Shown in pieces: positions 61,301 through 64,000 of a stretch of 64,000 bases of DNA. The notes under the pieces are model-generated. The model saw only the letters and a program-made list of their open reading frames with translations, was not told the DNA's origin and searched no databases. The position numbers were made by a program, and so were the translations under genes. The stretch spans positions 7,874,001 to 7,938,000 of the forward strand of contig OZ296654.1 of NCBI GenBank assembly GCA_965655095.1, given 5' to 3'. How positions within the stretch are numbered: position 1 is the stretch's first letter; each line of letters begins with the position of its first letter. The stretch comes from Haplodiscus bocki (taxonomy: Eukaryota).

Positions 61301-62104
61301 CTGTTTTTGGCATTGTTTTTTTGGGGTTTGCAGAACTATAAATTCCGGTAGAAAATTTTTCAATTGAATAATTTTTTTTCACCCAAATAAACTGGCATAA
61401 AATAAAAAAATTTGATACCTAAAAGTAATTAAAAAAAGTTTCGAGCATTCACATTTGAAGATAGGTTTTTTCATAGTTATATAAAATTTCATTTTTTTTC
61501 GGTTCTTTACGAAAAATGGTAGCTTTTTCCCAACACATTGGAAAATCGTCAGAAGTAACAATTTTTTGGACTCAGGTTAATTTTTGAGAAAAAAGAAATC
61601 ATTTATAAACTGAACATAGCTTTTTATCAAGGAAGCCTAGCTTTTGCCAAAAAACATACGAATAAGTGAACGAGTGTCTAGTAATATGTACAAAATGTGG
61701 CTGACTGGGGTATTCGAATCCGCCACTTCAGGCCAGCTAGACATAGTGAAACCCATACATTTGTTTTCATGAAAGACACCATATGTTCATCGCTGCAGTG
61801 TGCGAATCATGCAAAGTCTGGAAAATGCGTAAATTCATGGAAAGGAAAAACTTCGAATAATTAATTAGTTTCTTCAATTAGAACATCTTTCCGGAAAAAA
61901 AGTTTGAGCAAGTTCGCAATTTTATGAAACCCCGTTCGCTCTCTCATTTTTTGTTTTAACGAATGTGTTGACGAGCATCTGTTGTCGTCTGAAAAATGTG
62001 AAGGACATTACAATCTACTAGAGCGGTCAGAGAAGAGAGGGGGCTGTACTTCCGTGAGTAAAAAAAGTGTGAGCTGATCAGGTAAGGGGAAGTTGGAATC
62101 CCTA

Positions 62105-62585
62105 ATGTATTAAGATAGGCTATAGCGAGCCGACTCGAGCCGAGAGCCGAGAAGGGTCTTCAGCCCTAGCCGAGAGCTCTCGGGTGATGAAATGCTCGAT
62201 TCTGATTGGCTGCCGAGGATTCTGATTGGTTGCCGAGTCGTGCCGGAGGCAGTACATGTATTAAAACAGGAAGCAGACTCAATGAATTAAAATAGGCAGT
62301 GCATGTATTGAGATAGGGAGCGGACTCAAAGTATTAAGGTAGGCGATGCATGTATTAAGAGAGGGAGCCGACTAAATTTAATAAGATAGGTAATGCTTGT
62401 ATCAAGATAGGGATGCATGTATTAAGGTACGCAATAGCATTCGGTAATGTATAAGCATGGGCTATAGTTCGTCCCAATGTATAGAGATATGGAATGGCTC
62501 ATTTTCGGCTTAATACAATGTGGAAAGATACTTCGGCAATGTATTAAGATAGGGTATAGTTCGGTAATGTGATATAATAGGATAT
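62105..62585 (+). repeat. Subterminal array of about 10 ATGTATTAAGATAGG-like motifs
   Basis: Copies near 62105, 62256, 62281, 62302, 62331, 62349, 62378, 62397, 62416 and 62539. Confidence 0.85.
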
Positions 62586-62909
62586 AGCTCGTTAATAGTT
62601 TAACAAGATAGTTTCAAATAAACGCGCAGACTGTAGCAGCTTGACTGTAGCAAAACAAATGAAAAAATGGCGGAAAATACGTAGCAAGTGTTGCTGATTA
62701 CGATATACCATATATGAGAAGACCAGCCATAAAAGGAAATATTAAACATAAAAGGTGCTGTCAGTACCTTTTTTTACGCGTGCGGGTGCTGATATGACTT
62801 AATGCTAAGTAAAAAGATTGTATTAATATTATGAAAATTTAATTAGAGTATATAAATATCAGCAGAGACATTGTATAACCTGCACATTTACTTTAGAGAA
62901 AATGAAAAA

Positions 62910-63308
62910 TTACAAGTAATTACTTTTGAATGAAAGTACATTAACATTTTGAACTCCTGTAGTTGCTTCTTGTCGGAATTTGAAGAGATCAAAAGCTGCA
63001 TTGATTGTATAAAAGCCGCATATATTTGGGTGAGACTGTAGGGGTGCTGGCATCATCTGCTTGTACTGTTGGTTGTTGTTGAGGAAACTGTACCTTTTAC
63101 ATTCAAGAGAGCCTGCAAAATACAATTCTTGTCAAAAATTTGCAATCATGATCCAATGTTCACCCTGCATAATGCTCGGTTGCGTGTTGATAATGGCAAA
63201 AGTGTCATTGTCAAGAGTTGGAACATTTTCTGAGGTGAACAAACCGAGGTACCGAAATTTGAGCAGAGGGATACGATTAATAATTTGTTGCAGAGCAAAA
63301 TTATCCAG
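62910..63308 (-). pseudogene. Adenain-type (Ulp1-like) cysteine protease of the Polinton
   Basis: FAIINTQPSIMQGEHWIMIA, YFAGSL (expected Asp replaced by Gly) and LQSHPNICGFY give the His/Gln/Cys catalytic pattern. One stop; start codon lost. Confidence 0.85.
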
Positions 63309-63310
63309 TT

Positions 63311-64000
63311 TTACACATTCTTTCCAACAAGAACAAATTTGTCAACTGCAACTGATGACAATCGTTCACCCGAAACAATGAGTTCAATAACGTTTTCAAT
63401 AACGGATGGGTAAATTAAAGCTCCAGTCTCAGTGGTTCTCCAACAATTTCAGATAGTGACAATTTTCAACAGCGTCCTGCATTGAATTCAAGTCAAACGC
63501 CAGCACATTGTGATCTTTGAAATCATCAATGGGGATTGAGAGAGCATCATCCTGAAAGTGCATTGCTTTCATGGTAGACACATATAAACGACAAATGACA
63601 ACAGTATCAAAAGCCACAATTGGTTGTAACCCTCTGAGTGTTCTAAATTGCCTGAGATCAAATTGTTGATGCCAGAATGGGTTTTCAGTAAAAGAACCAG
63701 TGAAGGCAGAGTTTGTGTTCATTGCAGTTGCGACTCGACGAATGGGAGCATTGTTGAAAATGTTTTCTTGAATGAATTGGTTTTGCCTCGCAGGTATGAT
63801 GAATGTCTTTGCCAAAGTCTCCAAATAATTTTTTCTACAGGAGCATAAGCGAGCGTGTCCATTCTCTTTTTGTGATAATCACCCTTGAGAGCAATACGAC
63901 GAGTGTAGAGTGAACAATCCACAATTCCAAGACTGACATTGGGTTTGTCGCTAATCATGTAAAAACTGAGTCTAGCTCTAATTAGACGCAATCTAAGTTC
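63311..64000 (-). pseudogene. Polinton major capsid protein (PY-type), C-terminal part
   Basis: ELRLRLIR...SLYTRRI, KTFIIP....FIQENIFNNAPIRRVATAMNTNSAFTGSFTENPFWHQQFDL and LAFDL. Frameshifted across ORFs 63719..63991 and 63429..63824. Confidence 0.85.

Larger units (their letters stand above)
62029..64000 (-). mobile_element. End of a second, distinct Polinton/Maverick element, continuing beyond the window
   Basis: AG-rich putative terminus (AGAGAAGAGAGG), subterminal repeats, then protease and capsid genes. The exact terminus is uncertain by a few bases. Confidence 0.82.

Noticed and set aside
55425-61561. Many 60-160-aa ORFs right of the 5' LTR
   Set aside because: No recognisable motifs, no consistent exon chain and mostly non-ATG starts; treated as non-coding or decayed repeats.

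Overview
AT-rich, repeat-dense animal (invertebrate) genomic DNA. I did not identify the species. From left to right: (1) 1-12426, the right part of a decayed Polinton/Maverick-type endogenous virus: two tandem penton-like genes, a packaging ATPase, major capsid, retroviral-type integrase, protein-primed PolB and an AGT-capped fold-back terminus. Nine of its 11 inferred gene starts read TAAATG. (2) 15079-30673, a minus-strand nuclear lamin gene with 11 exons that I could splice in frame. Its introns hold MITE/HINE-like elements, a perfect hairpin and a piggyBac relic. (3) 33774-55398, a very large minus-strand Ty3/Gypsy element with env, about 15.7 kb without its nested LINE. Its 3' LTR also serves as the 5' LTR of a truncated second copy, and two CR1/L2-type LINEs are nested in the array. 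(4) From about 62029 to the window end, the terminus, cysteine protease and capsid of a second, unrelated Polinton family. The most striking system is the Gypsy element's cargo between pol and env: a TARG1/DarG-type macrodomain fused after integrase, three tandem paralogous ~100-aa Trp-rich ORFs I cannot assign to a family, and an uninterrupted antisense JmjC-domain gene with a full HxE...H triad. Together these resemble the counter-defence kit of a complex retrovirus-like element. All family calls come from motifs recognised by eye; no searches were run.
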